Shown: positions 46,924 to 57,234 of the stretch, piece by piece
Position numbering within the stretch: position 1 is the first letter of the stretch
Layout of the letters: every line of letters begins with the position of its first letter
Notes under the pieces: generated by a model
The model's input: the letters and a program-made list of their open reading frames with translations, nothing else
Databases searched by the model: none
Told to the model about the DNA's origin: nothing
IMG/VR virus record: IMGVR_UViG_3300022602_000092
Coordinates: 1-63,947 of that record
Length of the DNA stretch: 63,947 nucleotides
Strand: one strand, 5' to 3'
Origin: a virus
Taxonomy: Duplodnaviria > Caudoviricetes
Position numbers and translations under genes: made by a program

Positions 46924-48081
46924 TTAACAGATTATTGCAGGTGTGTCTACTTTTCCGATACAATATTTTTGAGTGAATTGTCGTATTCCGTCCGGAACAC
47001 CATTTCGATAAACCACATATTCTGGTATTTGCTCAGCAAGATATGTCAAGCCACGTTCCCAATTTTGTATGGCTCCAGCAAAAGCAGGATCAGAAAACAA
47101 CCACATGTCAAACTCACTGTGCCACCAAGTTTTGCTCTTGTCTGCTTGAAACCAACTTTGGTCCCACGTTGAGTACACAATAGTTCTTAGTAGTTTTTCA
47201 TGTATCAATCTAGTTCGGGCAAAGTCTGCATCGGTCCATAAATTTTGATATTGGGGATTGGCTTCTAACCATCGTTTGATGGTGTGCCCTTGTTTGCACA
47301 CAATGTCTGCGGTATCCGGACTCCAATAAAACAATTCAGTTTTTACGTTGGTGTAATCTTTGTTGTATTTGTCACTGGTTATATTCGTTGCAGTATCATT
47401 AAAGTAAACATAGAAATCACCATTGTGAATCTTAGTGACTGGTTTGTCACATCCATGTAACATTGCTATGGTGCGGTTTTTGTCAAACTGTCGTTTAACA
47501 TCACCATAATAAAAATAATTATACCTTAGCGGCATTCCTGGGCTTAGATGATCATGCTTGTGTAATACCCAATCCTCATCTCGATATCCGCTAATAGTGT
47601 CTACAATTAAATCACTTACATCGATAGCAGTTATCTTTGTTCGTGGAAGTTTATCACTTAGTTCTCGTAATCTGGGCACTGCTTGTAATTGATACTCGGC
47701 ATTTAAATTCCAACTTGCAGTCACTGATGGATTAAGTACATTTTTGTTTTGTGTTGCTTTTTCTGTATGATTGATCAGTATTTCATCTATGTGCAAATTC
47801 TGTCGAGTAAATGCACACAACATATTATAACTATCTGCGCCACCACTGAAGTTGATTATTATATAATCGTATCGCTCTCGCAACTGGCGGGCACGTCGAT
47901 CATATAGGTCATCTAGTGTTTCTGTGGGTTCTATGTGCCATGGGTACTTGGCGAACACATCTTGATGAAATACCCATTTAATGGATTTCTTGTTTGCAGA
48001 TGAGTATAGGCATGCGTCCACTTTGGAGGCGAAGTCTACACCATTGCATCGGTAATAACCGACATCGGGATCTATAAGCAT
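46924..48081 (-). CDS. PP-loop ATPase paralog
   Basis: FSGGADS, GCDKP, ELFYWSP. Confidence 0.75.
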   Translation of the reverse strand: MLIDPDVGYYRCNGVDFASKVDACLYSSANKKSIKWVFHQDVFAKYPWHIEPTETLDDLYDRRARQLRERYDYIIINFSGGADSYNMLCAFTRQNLHIDEILINHTEKATQNKNVLNPSVTASWNLNAEYQLQAVPRLRELSDKLPRTKITAIDVSDLIVDTISGYRDEDWVLHKHDHLSPGMPLRYNYFYYGDVKRQFDKNRTIAMLHGCDKPVTKIHNGDFYVYFNDTATNITSDKYNKDYTNVKTELFYWSPDTADIVCKQGHTIKRWLEANPQYQNLWTDADFARTRLIHEKLLRTIVYSTWDQSWFQADKSKTWWHSEFDMWLFSDPAFAGAIQNWERGLTYLAEQIPEYVVYRNGVPDGIRQFTQKYCIGKVDTPAIIC

Positions 48082-48087
48082 TTTGTT

Positions 48088-48116
48088 ATTGTACAGGAAA
48101 GTTTGAACTAAATCAA
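48088..48116 (-). promoter_or_regulatory. Sigma70-type promoter, probably leaderless
   Basis: TTGATT-N17-TACAAT-N6-ATG. Confidence 0.55.
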
Positions 48117-48120
48117 GACT

Positions 48121-48954
48121 TTATACACCGTATCTTGTTCTAAAATAATTGAAGTTTTGACTAATTTCAGTAGCAGAAAGTGCACGATTATACAACATGG
48201 CTACAGGAATGTAAGCATCAAATGAATCGTAACCATCCCACCGGCGTGCTACACGATAACCCAGTGTGCTGACTAAATTACTTCCTGCAACGCTTGCTGC
48301 GGTGTTTTGCAATACATTATTGATGTACAATCGTATATTGGCACCATCGTATGTGCCCACGACATTATACCAAGTGCCAGTTGTAAGTGCATAGCCGCTT
48401 GTCAACTGCCATCCTGTGGCTTGACTATAATATCCAGCACGAATGTTAGTGTCACTGGCAGAAACTCCGTTAAAATTAGTTAAACAAAAATTAACAGTTT
48501 GTCCGGTTCCAGTTCCGTAGTATATACCTGTAAATATAGCCGGTGTTAATGATGTACTGGGCCAACTCGTTGCATTGAACCATGTATTAATAGTCCACTG
48601 AGTTATGCCTGTTCCAAGATTGGGCCCAGCGGCATATTGGTATACTGCATCTGTGGTGCTACCATCAAAGCGCAAATCATTGGATCCATTTTTAATCATT
48701 GTGCTACTGTTTAGCGCAGTACCATCAACCACTGTGCCTGTTCCGTTATTCTCGTTAGTAACTGGACTAAAACTGTCATAGTAGAATGTGGCATTTTTAC
48801 CGTTGCCCGACAAGTCATACCAAGTTGTTCCTGAACCCGGCCACGAAGTAGGATTACGACTATCTAAATATAATTGTAGTCCATTAGTCACCGGTTGTAA
48901 ATCGTTTATAATATTAATACCGCCACCTATCCGAATTCCGCCGCCTATGTTCAT
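48121..48954 (-). CDS. LamG/concanavalin-A-like lectin virion protein
   Basis: GLQLYLD...SGTTWYDLSGNG; WYNVVGTYDG; YNRALSATEI.QNF. Confidence 0.85.
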   Translation of the reverse strand: MNIGGGIRIGGGINIINDLQPVTNGLQLYLDSRNPTSWPGSGTTWYDLSGNGKNATFYYDSFSPVTNENNGTGTVVDGTALNSSTMIKNGSNDLRFDGSTTDAVYQYAAGPNLGTGITQWTINTWFNATSWPSTSLTPAIFTGIYYGTGTGQTVNFCLTNFNGVSASDTNIRAGYYSQATGWQLTSGYALTTGTWYNVVGTYDGANIRLYINNVLQNTAASVAGSNLVSTLGYRVARRWDGYDSFDAYIPVAMLYNRALSATEISQNFNYFRTRYGV

Positions 48955-49676
48955 ACACCGTACCTCACTCTCAATGCACTAAAGTTTTGATAGACTTGCG
49001 CCGCAGACAACGCTGTATTGTAGCACATGAATACACCAATGCTCCCGCTTCCATTGGCATTGGTGCCCATATCGGTAGAATCGGCAGCCATTAAAGCAAG
49101 AAATGTTTGGGCTCCAGGTGAACCCCATGCCAAATTTGAACTACCAACAGCAGAACCATTTATATAAGCAATGGCCGTTGTTCCATTATAAGTTAATGTT
49201 AAATTGTACCATTTGTTAAAACTTTGTGCCGATGTTGTTACCGTAGCAAGTGGACCTTGCCATTGTCCAAAACTTATAGTGGCGCTGGAATTTATTTCTA
49301 TTGCTGAATAGTGGTAAGCAGTGCTGGGAGTGGTTTGTCCATCAACTTGCAACAACTGCCCTGCGGCAGTTGGGTACACCCAAAGATTAAAAGTGTAGGT
49401 ATTAAAGGCACTAGAGTTGAATACAGTATTGGTACTAGTAGCGTACTGACTGCTTGCACCGGCAAATGTTAAGACCCCGCTATTGTTGGTGCTATACGTT
49501 GGTGTATTGTATAAAGTATAGTTGGTGCCATTGCCACTAAGGTCATTCCAAGTTGATCCTGAGCCGGAATAACTAAGCGGATTTGCGGCATCAAGCCACA
49601 AGACTAGGTTTGACTTGACTACCGTGACATCTACTACATATCCAACGCCACTTAATGTAACCCCACTAATTATCAT
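48951..49676 (-). CDS. LamG/concanavalin-A-like lectin virion protein
   Basis: LVLWLDA..SGSTWNDLSGNG; YNTALSAAQV.QNF. Confidence 0.85.
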   Translation of the reverse strand: MIISGVTLSGVGYVVDVTVVKSNLVLWLDAANPLSYSGSGSTWNDLSGNGTNYTLYNTPTYSTNNSGVLTFAGASSQYATSTNTVFNSSAFNTYTFNLWVYPTAAGQLLQVDGQTTPSTAYHYSAIEINSSATISFGQWQGPLATVTTSAQSFNKWYNLTLTYNGTTAIAYINGSAVGSSNLAWGSPGAQTFLALMAADSTDMGTNANGSGSIGVFMCYNTALSAAQVYQNFSALRVRYGV

Positions 49677-50407
49677 ACGCCAAATGTTCCTCTAACACCG
49701 TTGAAGTTTTGTGTGACTTCACTACTACTTAGTGCTCGATTGTACACCCGCATTTGATAGTATGTACCAGCACAAATGTCAACTGGCGTATTTGCAGTAC
49801 CTGTTGTGTTGGGATGTCGTGATCCAAAGTTCAAGCCTGTTGTACTTAACCCGCCACTGGGTGCGGCATATGAGCCAGACCCAGTTTGTGCAACACCATT
49901 TAGATACGCGGTAAATGTTGAGCCTGTCAAGGTAAACACATAGTGCTTGATAGCACCTGGGTTCGGAGTTATACCACTATAGAGTATGTTACCCGTTGGT
50001 GAGCCGGCAAGTATACCAGAGGCCGAACTGCTCCAATAGGCCCAATAGCCCTTGGTACTGTAAATATCATTGCCCCAAAGGGTCGCCCAATAGTTTGCTG
50101 CCGTGGGTTGTGCCCACATTTCAACTGTGAATGCAGTTCCAAGATTGTACGCAGTACAAATGGCTTCAGAATTTAATGTAGTGCCTAGAGTAATGCCTCC
50201 ACCGTAGTTCGAGGTGTACGTAGCAGTTCCACTGCCAGATGTGATGATAGTTGCGTTGTTACCATTACCAGTGGCATCTGTCCAAGTTGTGCCCGAACTG
50301 GGTGCCGTTAGCAAATTCATTACCAAGCCATTGGTTACATAAGGTATATATATTTCACTAATAACTCGAACACCACCGCTGAGTTGAACGCCAGATCCTA
50401 TTATCAT
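49673..50407 (-). CDS. LamG/concanavalin-A-like lectin virion protein
   Basis: SGTTWTDATGNG; YNRALSSSEV.QNF. Confidence 0.85.
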   Translation of the reverse strand: MIIGSGVQLSGGVRVISEIYIPYVTNGLVMNLLTAPSSGTTWTDATGNGNNATIITSGSGTATYTSNYGGGITLGTTLNSEAICTAYNLGTAFTVEMWAQPTAANYWATLWGNDIYSTKGYWAYWSSSASGILAGSPTGNILYSGITPNPGAIKHYVFTLTGSTFTAYLNGVAQTGSGSYAAPSGGLSTTGLNFGSRHPNTTGTANTPVDICAGTYYQMRVYNRALSSSEVTQNFNGVRGTFGV

Positions 50408-50408
50408 A

Positions 50409-53400
50409 TTACCAATCTATCCTCAATTGACGCACCCAGTTTTGAGCAGTGGATCCTCCGGTGTATGCCGCTACACCAAAGTAATTTCCAACTGGAGTCC
50501 AACTACCAATGTTAACCGATCCTTGATATATTTCATTGAGATATACTTCCAACATACGGTTGCCGTTTTGTATCTTGCGAATCTTTAGGGTCAAGTTGTA
50601 GAAACTGGTGTAACTGGCGTTCCATAATGTAACTCCAGAGGTTACATAGTTACCGCTACCAATATAGGGAATATTAGTTTGCGTACCGCCAACATAAACT
50701 TCAAACTGACTTGCACTACTATAATAATGGTTCATAACTGCGATACCACCATAAGTGTTGGTATTACCGGGATTACCTGTTATAGCAGCATTAGATCCAA
50801 AGTAGATCCATTGTCCATCTGCACCAGTGCCTCCACTAGCACCAATACTAGCAGTTATAACCATATCATAGTTATAATTGATTGTACTACTGTTCCAGTT
50901 AATGTAGCCAGACTGTGAAGTGGTGTTTGTGGTTAGTTTTAATCCGTATGCTTGTGTGCTATCCCAGGTAGCGTTACCACCAATGGTGCCACTTGGAGTA
51001 AATGAACTTAGTGCCGAAGTGGAGTTGGCTTGCCATGTGTCCCATAAGAAACGTGTTTGCGGTCCACTGCTTCCGGATGCTATTACACTGCTAGCCGTTA
51101 TGTTTCCACTGTATGTGGCAGTAGTACCAATACTATTACCATACTGCGTGGCAACGATGTTGGCAGCAGTTACATTGCCGCTAACTATCAGCGTATTTGC
51201 TGAAATAACGTTGGCATTGGTGATGTTACCATATGTGCCAGTCGTAATAATGTTTGCTGCTGTGATATTACCTGAGTATGTGGCAGTAGTACCAATGCTA
51301 TTACCGTATTGATTGCCAATAATGTTGCCAGCAGTCACATTACCCGAGTATGTAGCAGTAGTACCGATACTGTTACCATATTGATTGCCAAGAATGTTTC
51401 CAGCAGTCACATTACCAGAAGTAGTGATATTGCCATTTGCAACCATGTTCAAGTTACCACCAATGTCCAACTGCATCTGTGTTGTGCCATTGGTTAAGAA
51501 ACTTAATGGCAAGTAGGTACCCGTGCCGTTAATACCGGACACAAGTTGTACGTCTGTTGTGCCGTTAGTGGCAATTAGAATCTTACTGGCGTTGGCTATA
51601 TTACTACTGTTTGCGGCTTGCCAACTTGCGGCGGTGCCTGTACCGCTTGGTGCTGTATAGATACCAGGATTACTATTGGCCACGGTTGGACGGAATATGG
51701 TTCTGTAGTTTACTGTGCTATTAGTAAAGTCCCCAAATATTGTAGAGTTAGATGCGTATGAGACATTGCCCGGAAGCAATAGCGAACCGTCCATATTAAA
51801 CGTAAAGCTGGCAGCACCGCCAAGTGTACCAGCAATAGCAGAATTATAGTTACTCAGAATAACAGTAGAACCAAGACCGCCCGGTACTGTTAAAATATCA
51901 CCGTTTTTGTATCCTGTGCCAGGATTATTTACAGTAATGGTGCTGATATAACCGCCCACTGAACTATAGTTCGCAGTCATACCTGTTCCACTACCGCCCG
52001 TTAGTGCTTGGTTAGTATAGGGAGGACTGTTGTAGCCACCAGCAACACCGTAGACTGTAAGCACGTTCCAATTGCCTTGAGCACGAACACTCAAGTTACC
52101 AGTGCTTACTCCCAAGTTGTTACCGGCAAACAAGTTACCACCTGCTGAAACCGTTGATGTAGCACTACCGATAGTAATCGATGTTGCTGTAGCGGCAAAT
52201 ATTGCAGCAGATGTTTGGTTAGTTGTAATAGTACCAACAGTATTAAGTGTCAATCCGTTAGTTGATGTTAATCCAACCCCGGTTACTATACCCCCTGATG
52301 TTACTGCACCACTGAACTGAGCACCAATACTGCCGTTCATCTTCAAGAACTGGTTAAATGTTGGTACTGTGTTTGCAGTAACAGAACCAGTGTATCCATT
52401 AAATGCAATACCAGTTGAGTCTATTACTATGTAACCTATACCAGTAGTTGTATTGCGGGTCATCATTGTGCCATTGGCCGCAAAGTATCCGTTGTACATC
52501 AAGAAGGTTGAGTTCGGTGCAGCAGCGTTACCTGATGTAATTGCAGTATTACCACCAATGAATACCTGTGTGATGTTACTTTGTATTGGGGATACCGTGG
52601 CGACGTTGCCCACATTACCAATAAAGACTGCGGTATTAGCCGCCAACATAGAGACAACGTTGGCGTTGGTATATGTTGTGCCACCACCTCCCGAACCACT
52701 TGAGAACTGTGTTCCATTAGCAAAGTAGATATTGCCAGTCGTCGGTATTGTCAAGTTACCAGTGTTGTCAAATGTCCAACTGTAACTGCCAGCCTGTAAT
52801 GTAACATTACTACTAGAACCATAGATATTACCTATGTTATTATATGACAATCCAGTTAGTGCAACGCCATTACCAACAAAGTAACTTGCCGATACATTAC
52901 CACTGTATGAGGCAGTAGTACCAATGCTATTACCATATTGAGTAGCGATAATATTAGCACCCTGAATATTAGCACTAGCAACGACATTACCAACTACATT
53001 AATCTGTGCCTGGCTTAGTGTTGCTAGTTGTACGCCACCAATTTGTATTGTGGCATTTCCTCCAGAACTAGGGATGCTGACACTACTACCACCATTGACA
53101 ATACTAGTTATTGGGTTGGCTGTTAGATACGCACTAACATTGGTGTTACTATAAGTTGTGCCACCACCAGAACTACTCCAAGCAACACCGTTGGCCCAGA
53201 ATATACCCGTACTAACTTGTACTGTATTGGCAGATATTACGTTGGCACCGGTGATGTTGCCATATGCGCCAGTTGTAGTAATATTCGCTACTGTATAAGT
53301 TCCGCTAGTTGTCAAATTACCGGCAGTAATGTTACCAGTTGTATTGATCGTAGCAGAGGTCAAGTATGCTGATACATTGGTATTGCTATAAGTTCCACCA

Positions 53401-56294
53401 ATTCCGGTTAAAATACTAACACCGTTTGAATAATTGATAGCACCGCCACTTGGTAGGTTCAAGTTACCGCTACTATCAAAGTAGAAATTGTGTGATCCAT
53501 TTGTTTGTATATAAACAGCAGTACCATTAATTTGTCCAACATTATTGATCAATGCGGTACTAATACTGGAAAATGACGTTGCGCCAATATAGGCTGCCAC
53601 CTGTGTGTTACCATAACTGCTACTGGTAAACGGTGTTCCGTTTGCGTAGAAGAATCCTGAAGCCAATACGTTTCCAGAAGTAATATTTCCTACTACTGTG
53701 ACATTGTTGGCATGCCAAGCATTTCTAGTAGAACCCACAAGTTCAAATATGCTTGCTCCGTTGGTTTGACCAACTGTAAATCCATCTGGACCAGCAGTGC
53801 CTGATCCAACTACAACATCCAAACTTGTTATCGCAGTGGTCTTAGAATAGGCATTAATGCCATATCCCATTCTCCAATTGGTGTCATTGTTTCTAAAATC
53901 AACCCAACCACCACTTGGAATGCCAATGTTTCCGGTGCTGATATTGCCCAATAGGTATGCCGAAACATTGGCATTGGCATAACTGCTTGTACCATAATTT
54001 AGGTTGGCGTATGTATAAAAACTTCCAATGTTTGCGCTTATTGCACTAATCTGGTTTGATTGTATTGTATTTGCAACCGTAATACTTGAGTTGACGCTGT
54101 TAATTGTGGAAATTACATTGGTACCATTTACTAGTAAATTTCCGCCGATATTTACATTGCCCGCAATACCAACACCACCAGCAACTTGTAGTGCACCGCT
54201 TGTAGTGCTGGTACTTTGTGTTGTTTGGGCTAAAATCAATCCAACGTTGTTTTTAAATCTACCTTGATAGTTATTTGTAGTACTAAATCCGCCAGTGGTG
54301 AATACGATGTCAGCAGTACCGCCAGTACCCAAAATTAAATTACCATTGGTGCCGGTTGTGCCCTGTGCGTACAAGTATCCATCTAGGGGGTAATTTAATT
54401 CATTACCGGTTCCGTTAACAAACCCCGAACTGTTGATACCCATATCAATATATCCGGCACCAGCAGTGCCAGTGTCAGCAGTTGCCACATAATCAGTTGA
54501 TGCCGTTGCACCATTGTTGATGTTTTGGTGATTTACTTGAGCATAACCATTGAAGTTAGTACTGTTTTGTAGTACAGTCTGAGGTTGATATGTGTATCCA
54601 GAAAGAATACCTGCGTACAATGCCCCAAAGCCCGAACTATTGCCTGTAAAAACGCCAGTGCTGATATTAATAGAATTAACGTTTCCAACGTAATTAATAT
54701 TACCACTGACCACCAAATTGCCCGCAGTCAAATTACCTGCGTATGTGGGCAAAAAGGATGTTAAATATGCGTTGGTGTTGGCGTTGGCGTATATCTGTGT
54801 TTGTAGTGTTGCAATGTTGACATTAGCGCCCAGTATACTATTGTACAGCCCAGCATTATTGCTATAAATGCCGGTTATCTCACTATTAATAGTTTGAATA
54901 CTGCTACTGTTGATCAATGAACCTGTGTATGTGGGCAAGTATGCCGCTACATTGGCGTTGGCGTATATCTGTGTTTGCAATGTTGCAATTAAATTTTGTT
55001 GTGCAACGGCATTAGCAGTCCAAGCAATATTGGCCGCGGTTAAATTTGCACTCCAGGCTGTGTTAATTGCAGAATCCTGTGCGTTTACATAAGCCACCAC
55101 TGCGGAGTTGGCAGTAACAATTGCGGCGTTGGCTGCATTAATTTGACTTAGTTGTGTGGCGGCATTTGCTTGCCATGCTACGTTGGCGGCTGTTATGTTT
55201 GCATTTGTGGCGGTAATGCTACTTATAATCCCGCCAATCGCCCCTGCTTCAGTGGCCAAGTTGGCTGCAATTTGACCCAATGTATCCAATGTACCCGGAG
55301 CACTATTAATTAAATTATTAATAGCAGTGGAGATTGAGTTAGTGGTATAAGTTTGGTTGTAACTATTAGCGGCAGTAACATTGGCTACTGTGGCAAAACT
55401 GGTTTGTCCGGCAGGACCTTGATACGCTGAGTATTGAAATGTGTGATCAGGAAAAATTAATCCGGAATCACTATTAAATACCCAGGAATGTCCGTTTGCA
55501 GTAATGGCTACAAAAACATCGTTAATACCCACTGTTTGATGACCGGTACTATTTTGTAGATATATTGACTGCCCTGGCAAGGATTGAAAAGTTGCATTGT
55601 TGTAGGTTAACCCATCCGGCATCGTTACTGTGCCGTTTGCAGCCAGATAAAGCGTTTGCGATCCGTCGACTAAACTACTTACATACCCAGGCCAAGCAGT
55701 GCTTTGGACTGTGGAATCGTTAAAAATTACATTGCCTGGTAAAGTCAAATTACCGTATTGGTCAAAGACCCAAGTTTCCCCGCTGCTAGTTGATCCGGCT
55801 ACCAATTGTAATTCAGTATTTGCATACAATACTGCAAGGTTTTGGTTGTTTAGGAAAATACCAGACTGATCATTATAACCATTGGCGCTAAACTGTATCT
55901 GGCTATCTTCAACACTCCAAATATAACTATTGCTTTCGAACCCAATATTACCAACTAACAACCCACCGATTGTGGCTATGCCATTCGCGCTAAGTTGTTG
56001 TTGTAGTACAGCGACATTGCTGGTGAGCCCGCTGATATTGGCACCGTGTATGTTGGCCAATATTGCACTGATGTTTGCCGTATTACTTTGAATACCTTCA
56101 ATGGCAACGATAACATTGGACAACTGTTGCGAGTTGACCAACGTGCTCATACCGCCAGGAGTTGCTCCATCTTGTAGGCGTAGAGTCTGTTCTCCGGTAT
56201 CTACTAATAGTTCACCCAATGGGCCCACGTAGGTACTGGCTGCGGCAGTGTTGCCACGCTTCATCAATATGGTTGATATGTTTATATTTGCCAT
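50409..56294 (-). CDS. Long tail fibre (~1960 aa) with C-terminal lectin-like domain
   Basis: ILMKRG..GELLVDT..LRLQDGATPGG; APGTLDTL.IA; GNIT/ANV repeats; GADG..F..AAYTGG legume-lectin-like end. Confidence 0.85.
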   Translation of the reverse strand: MANINISTILMKRGNTAAASTYVGPLGELLVDTGEQTLRLQDGATPGGMSTLVNSQQLSNVIVAIEGIQSNTANISAILANIHGANISGLTSNVAVLQQQLSANGIATIGGLLVGNIGFESNSYIWSVEDSQIQFSANGYNDQSGIFLNNQNLAVLYANTELQLVAGSTSSGETWVFDQYGNLTLPGNVIFNDSTVQSTAWPGYVSSLVDGSQTLYLAANGTVTMPDGLTYNNATFQSLPGQSIYLQNSTGHQTVGINDVFVAITANGHSWVFNSDSGLIFPDHTFQYSAYQGPAGQTSFATVANVTAANSYNQTYTTNSISTAINNLINSAPGTLDTLGQIAANLATEAGAIGGIISSITATNANITAANVAWQANAATQLSQINAANAAIVTANSAVVAYVNAQDSAINTAWSANLTAANIAWTANAVAQQNLIATLQTQIYANANVAAYLPTYTGSLINSSSIQTINSEITGIYSNNAGLYNSILGANVNIATLQTQIYANANTNAYLTSFLPTYAGNLTAGNLVVSGNINYVGNVNSINISTGVFTGNSSGFGALYAGILSGYTYQPQTVLQNSTNFNGYAQVNHQNINNGATASTDYVATADTGTAGAGYIDMGINSSGFVNGTGNELNYPLDGYLYAQGTTGTNGNLILGTGGTADIVFTTGGFSTTNNYQGRFKNNVGLILAQTTQSTSTTSGALQVAGGVGIAGNVNIGGNLLVNGTNVISTINSVNSSITVANTIQSNQISAISANIGSFYTYANLNYGTSSYANANVSAYLLGNISTGNIGIPSGGWVDFRNNDTNWRMGYGINAYSKTTAITSLDVVVGSGTAGPDGFTVGQTNGASIFELVGSTRNAWHANNVTVVGNITSGNVLASGFFYANGTPFTSSSYGNTQVAAYIGATSFSSISTALINNVGQINGTAVYIQTNGSHNFYFDSSGNLNLPSGGAINYSNGVSILTGIGGTYSNTNVSAYLTSATINTTGNITAGNLTTSGTYTVANITTTGAYGNITGANVISANTVQVSTGIFWANGVAWSSSGGGTTYSNTNVSAYLTANPITSIVNGGSSVSIPSSGGNATIQIGGVQLATLSQAQINVVGNVVASANIQGANIIATQYGNSIGTTASYSGNVSASYFVGNGVALTGLSYNNIGNIYGSSSNVTLQAGSYSWTFDNTGNLTIPTTGNIYFANGTQFSSGSGGGGTTYTNANVVSMLAANTAVFIGNVGNVATVSPIQSNITQVFIGGNTAITSGNAAAPNSTFLMYNGYFAANGTMMTRNTTTGIGYIVIDSTGIAFNGYTGSVTANTVPTFNQFLKMNGSIGAQFSGAVTSGGIVTGVGLTSTNGLTLNTVGTITTNQTSAAIFAATATSITIGSATSTVSAGGNLFAGNNLGVSTGNLSVRAQGNWNVLTVYGVAGGYNSPPYTNQALTGGSGTGMTANYSSVGGYISTITVNNPGTGYKNGDILTVPGGLGSTVILSNYNSAIAGTLGGAASFTFNMDGSLLLPGNVSYASNSTIFGDFTNSTVNYRTIFRPTVANSNPGIYTAPSGTGTAASWQAANSSNIANASKILIATNGTTDVQLVSGINGTGTYLPLSFLTNGTTQMQLDIGGNLNMVANGNITTSGNVTAGNILGNQYGNSIGTTATYSGNVTAGNIIGNQYGNSIGTTATYSGNITAANIITTGTYGNITNANVISANTLIVSGNVTAANIVATQYGNSIGTTATYSGNITASSVIASGSSGPQTRFLWDTWQANSTSALSSFTPSGTIGGNATWDSTQAYGLKLTTNTTSQSGYINWNSSTINYNYDMVITASIGASGGTGADGQWIYFGSNAAITGNPGNTNTYGGIAVMNHYYSSASQFEVYVGGTQTNIPYIGSGNYVTSGVTLWNASYTSFYNLTLKIRKIQNGNRMLEVYLNEIYQGSVNIGSWTPVGNYFGVAAYTGGSTAQNWVRQLRIDW
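51268..51418 (-). repeat. 72-bp tandem coding repeat in fibre
   Basis: GNQYGNSIGTTATYSGNVTAGNII unit twice in tandem; further copies near 51100 and 52900. Confidence 0.85.
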
Positions 56295-56295
56295 C

Positions 56296-56793
56296 TTAGA
56301 TTGTTCCGCCATCCAACGAGTACGTAGTACCCGAACTTGGTGGGGTATAACTAGTACCATAATAAGCAGGCAACACTTCTAGATCTAGAGGTACGCCATA
56401 GTTGTCATCTATGTAAACAGGACTTGTTGTATCTGAACTTGTGACTGTTGTACTAAAAGCCAACTTGTAAAACCGATTTTCCAAACTGTTTATGGTGTTT
56501 GCGTCCAACACAAAATTACCCTGACCCAGTTGTATATTGGCCCAAGTCACTGGATAACTATTGATTGTGACTTGATTCGTAGGGTCCTGTATACTAGCAG
56601 TCACACTACTGCCTGTGAGATCCACAGGTTTTTGATCCTGATTTTTAACTATAACTTGGATTGGATTGTCTATTCCCTGATAGACTTTGATTGGACGGCT
56701 GTACACTTGGCGATTCCTTGTTGTAAATATCGTGGGGTCAAATACTTGTACCTCGGCAGTATTTGGGTAAATGTAGGCTTTGACTGTTATCAT
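56296..56793 (-). CDS. Baseplate/BppU-like Ig-fold structural protein
   Basis: IKVYQGIDN.I...VKNQDQKPVDLTG; TAAATA upstream. Confidence 0.6.
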   Translation of the reverse strand: MITVKAYIYPNTAEVQVFDPTIFTTRNRQVYSRPIKVYQGIDNPIQVIVKNQDQKPVDLTGSSVTASIQDPTNQVTINSYPVTWANIQLGQGNFVLDANTINSLENRFYKLAFSTTVTSSDTTSPVYIDDNYGVPLDLEVLPAYYGTSYTPPSSGTTYSLDGGTI

Positions 56794-56862
56794 TTCTTTG
56801 TCTTTTACATATTTAGCCCAACTCAAAACTAAAATCAGTTCTGATATGGACATAAATATCAA

Positions 56863-57234
56863 GTGGACGAAATTAAACAACTACTGGACCAATACCCCTA
56901 CCTAACCCTCCTAACCTACGGAGGAAATGAGTATATTGGAATTATACAAAACGCAGACGAGCAGATTACAACAATCTACGATTTTGCCAGCCTTAAATCC
57001 CCCGAACAAAAGATATTGTTCCTACAATTGGGAGACACGTGGTGGTGGGAAAGCAATAGAATTATTCCTATCAACGTGTTTTTAAAGCAGGAGTGGAGCC
57101 TGTTCAAGTTCTGCGTTAAAACTATGAACAGCAAAGATGTAGAGATCAAGGTAGGCCCGCAAGTGAGCCTAAAAGAGATGGCTATGAAGCGTAGTAAGCG
57201 TCGCTCTATAACCCTTGTTCGCAAAGTAAGTTGA
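56863..57234 (+). CDS. Conserved hypothetical phage protein
   Basis: GTG 4 nt after TAAATA; WWWESNRIIPINVFL. Confidence 0.75.
   Translation: MDEIKQLLDQYPYLTLLTYGGNEYIGIIQNADEQITTIYDFASLKSPEQKILFLQLGDTWWWESNRIIPINVFLKQEWSLFKFCVKTMNSKDVEIKVGPQVSLKEMAMKRSKRRSITLVRKVS

Noticed and set aside
50679-55092. Plus-strand ORFs antisense to the fibre and other long genes
   Set aside because: Shadow ORFs arising from codon bias; no RBS or promoter and no recognisable motifs
48121-56294. Diversity-generating retroelement acting on fibre or lectin genes
   Set aside because: No reverse transcriptase and no TR/VR pair differing at adenines found in this window
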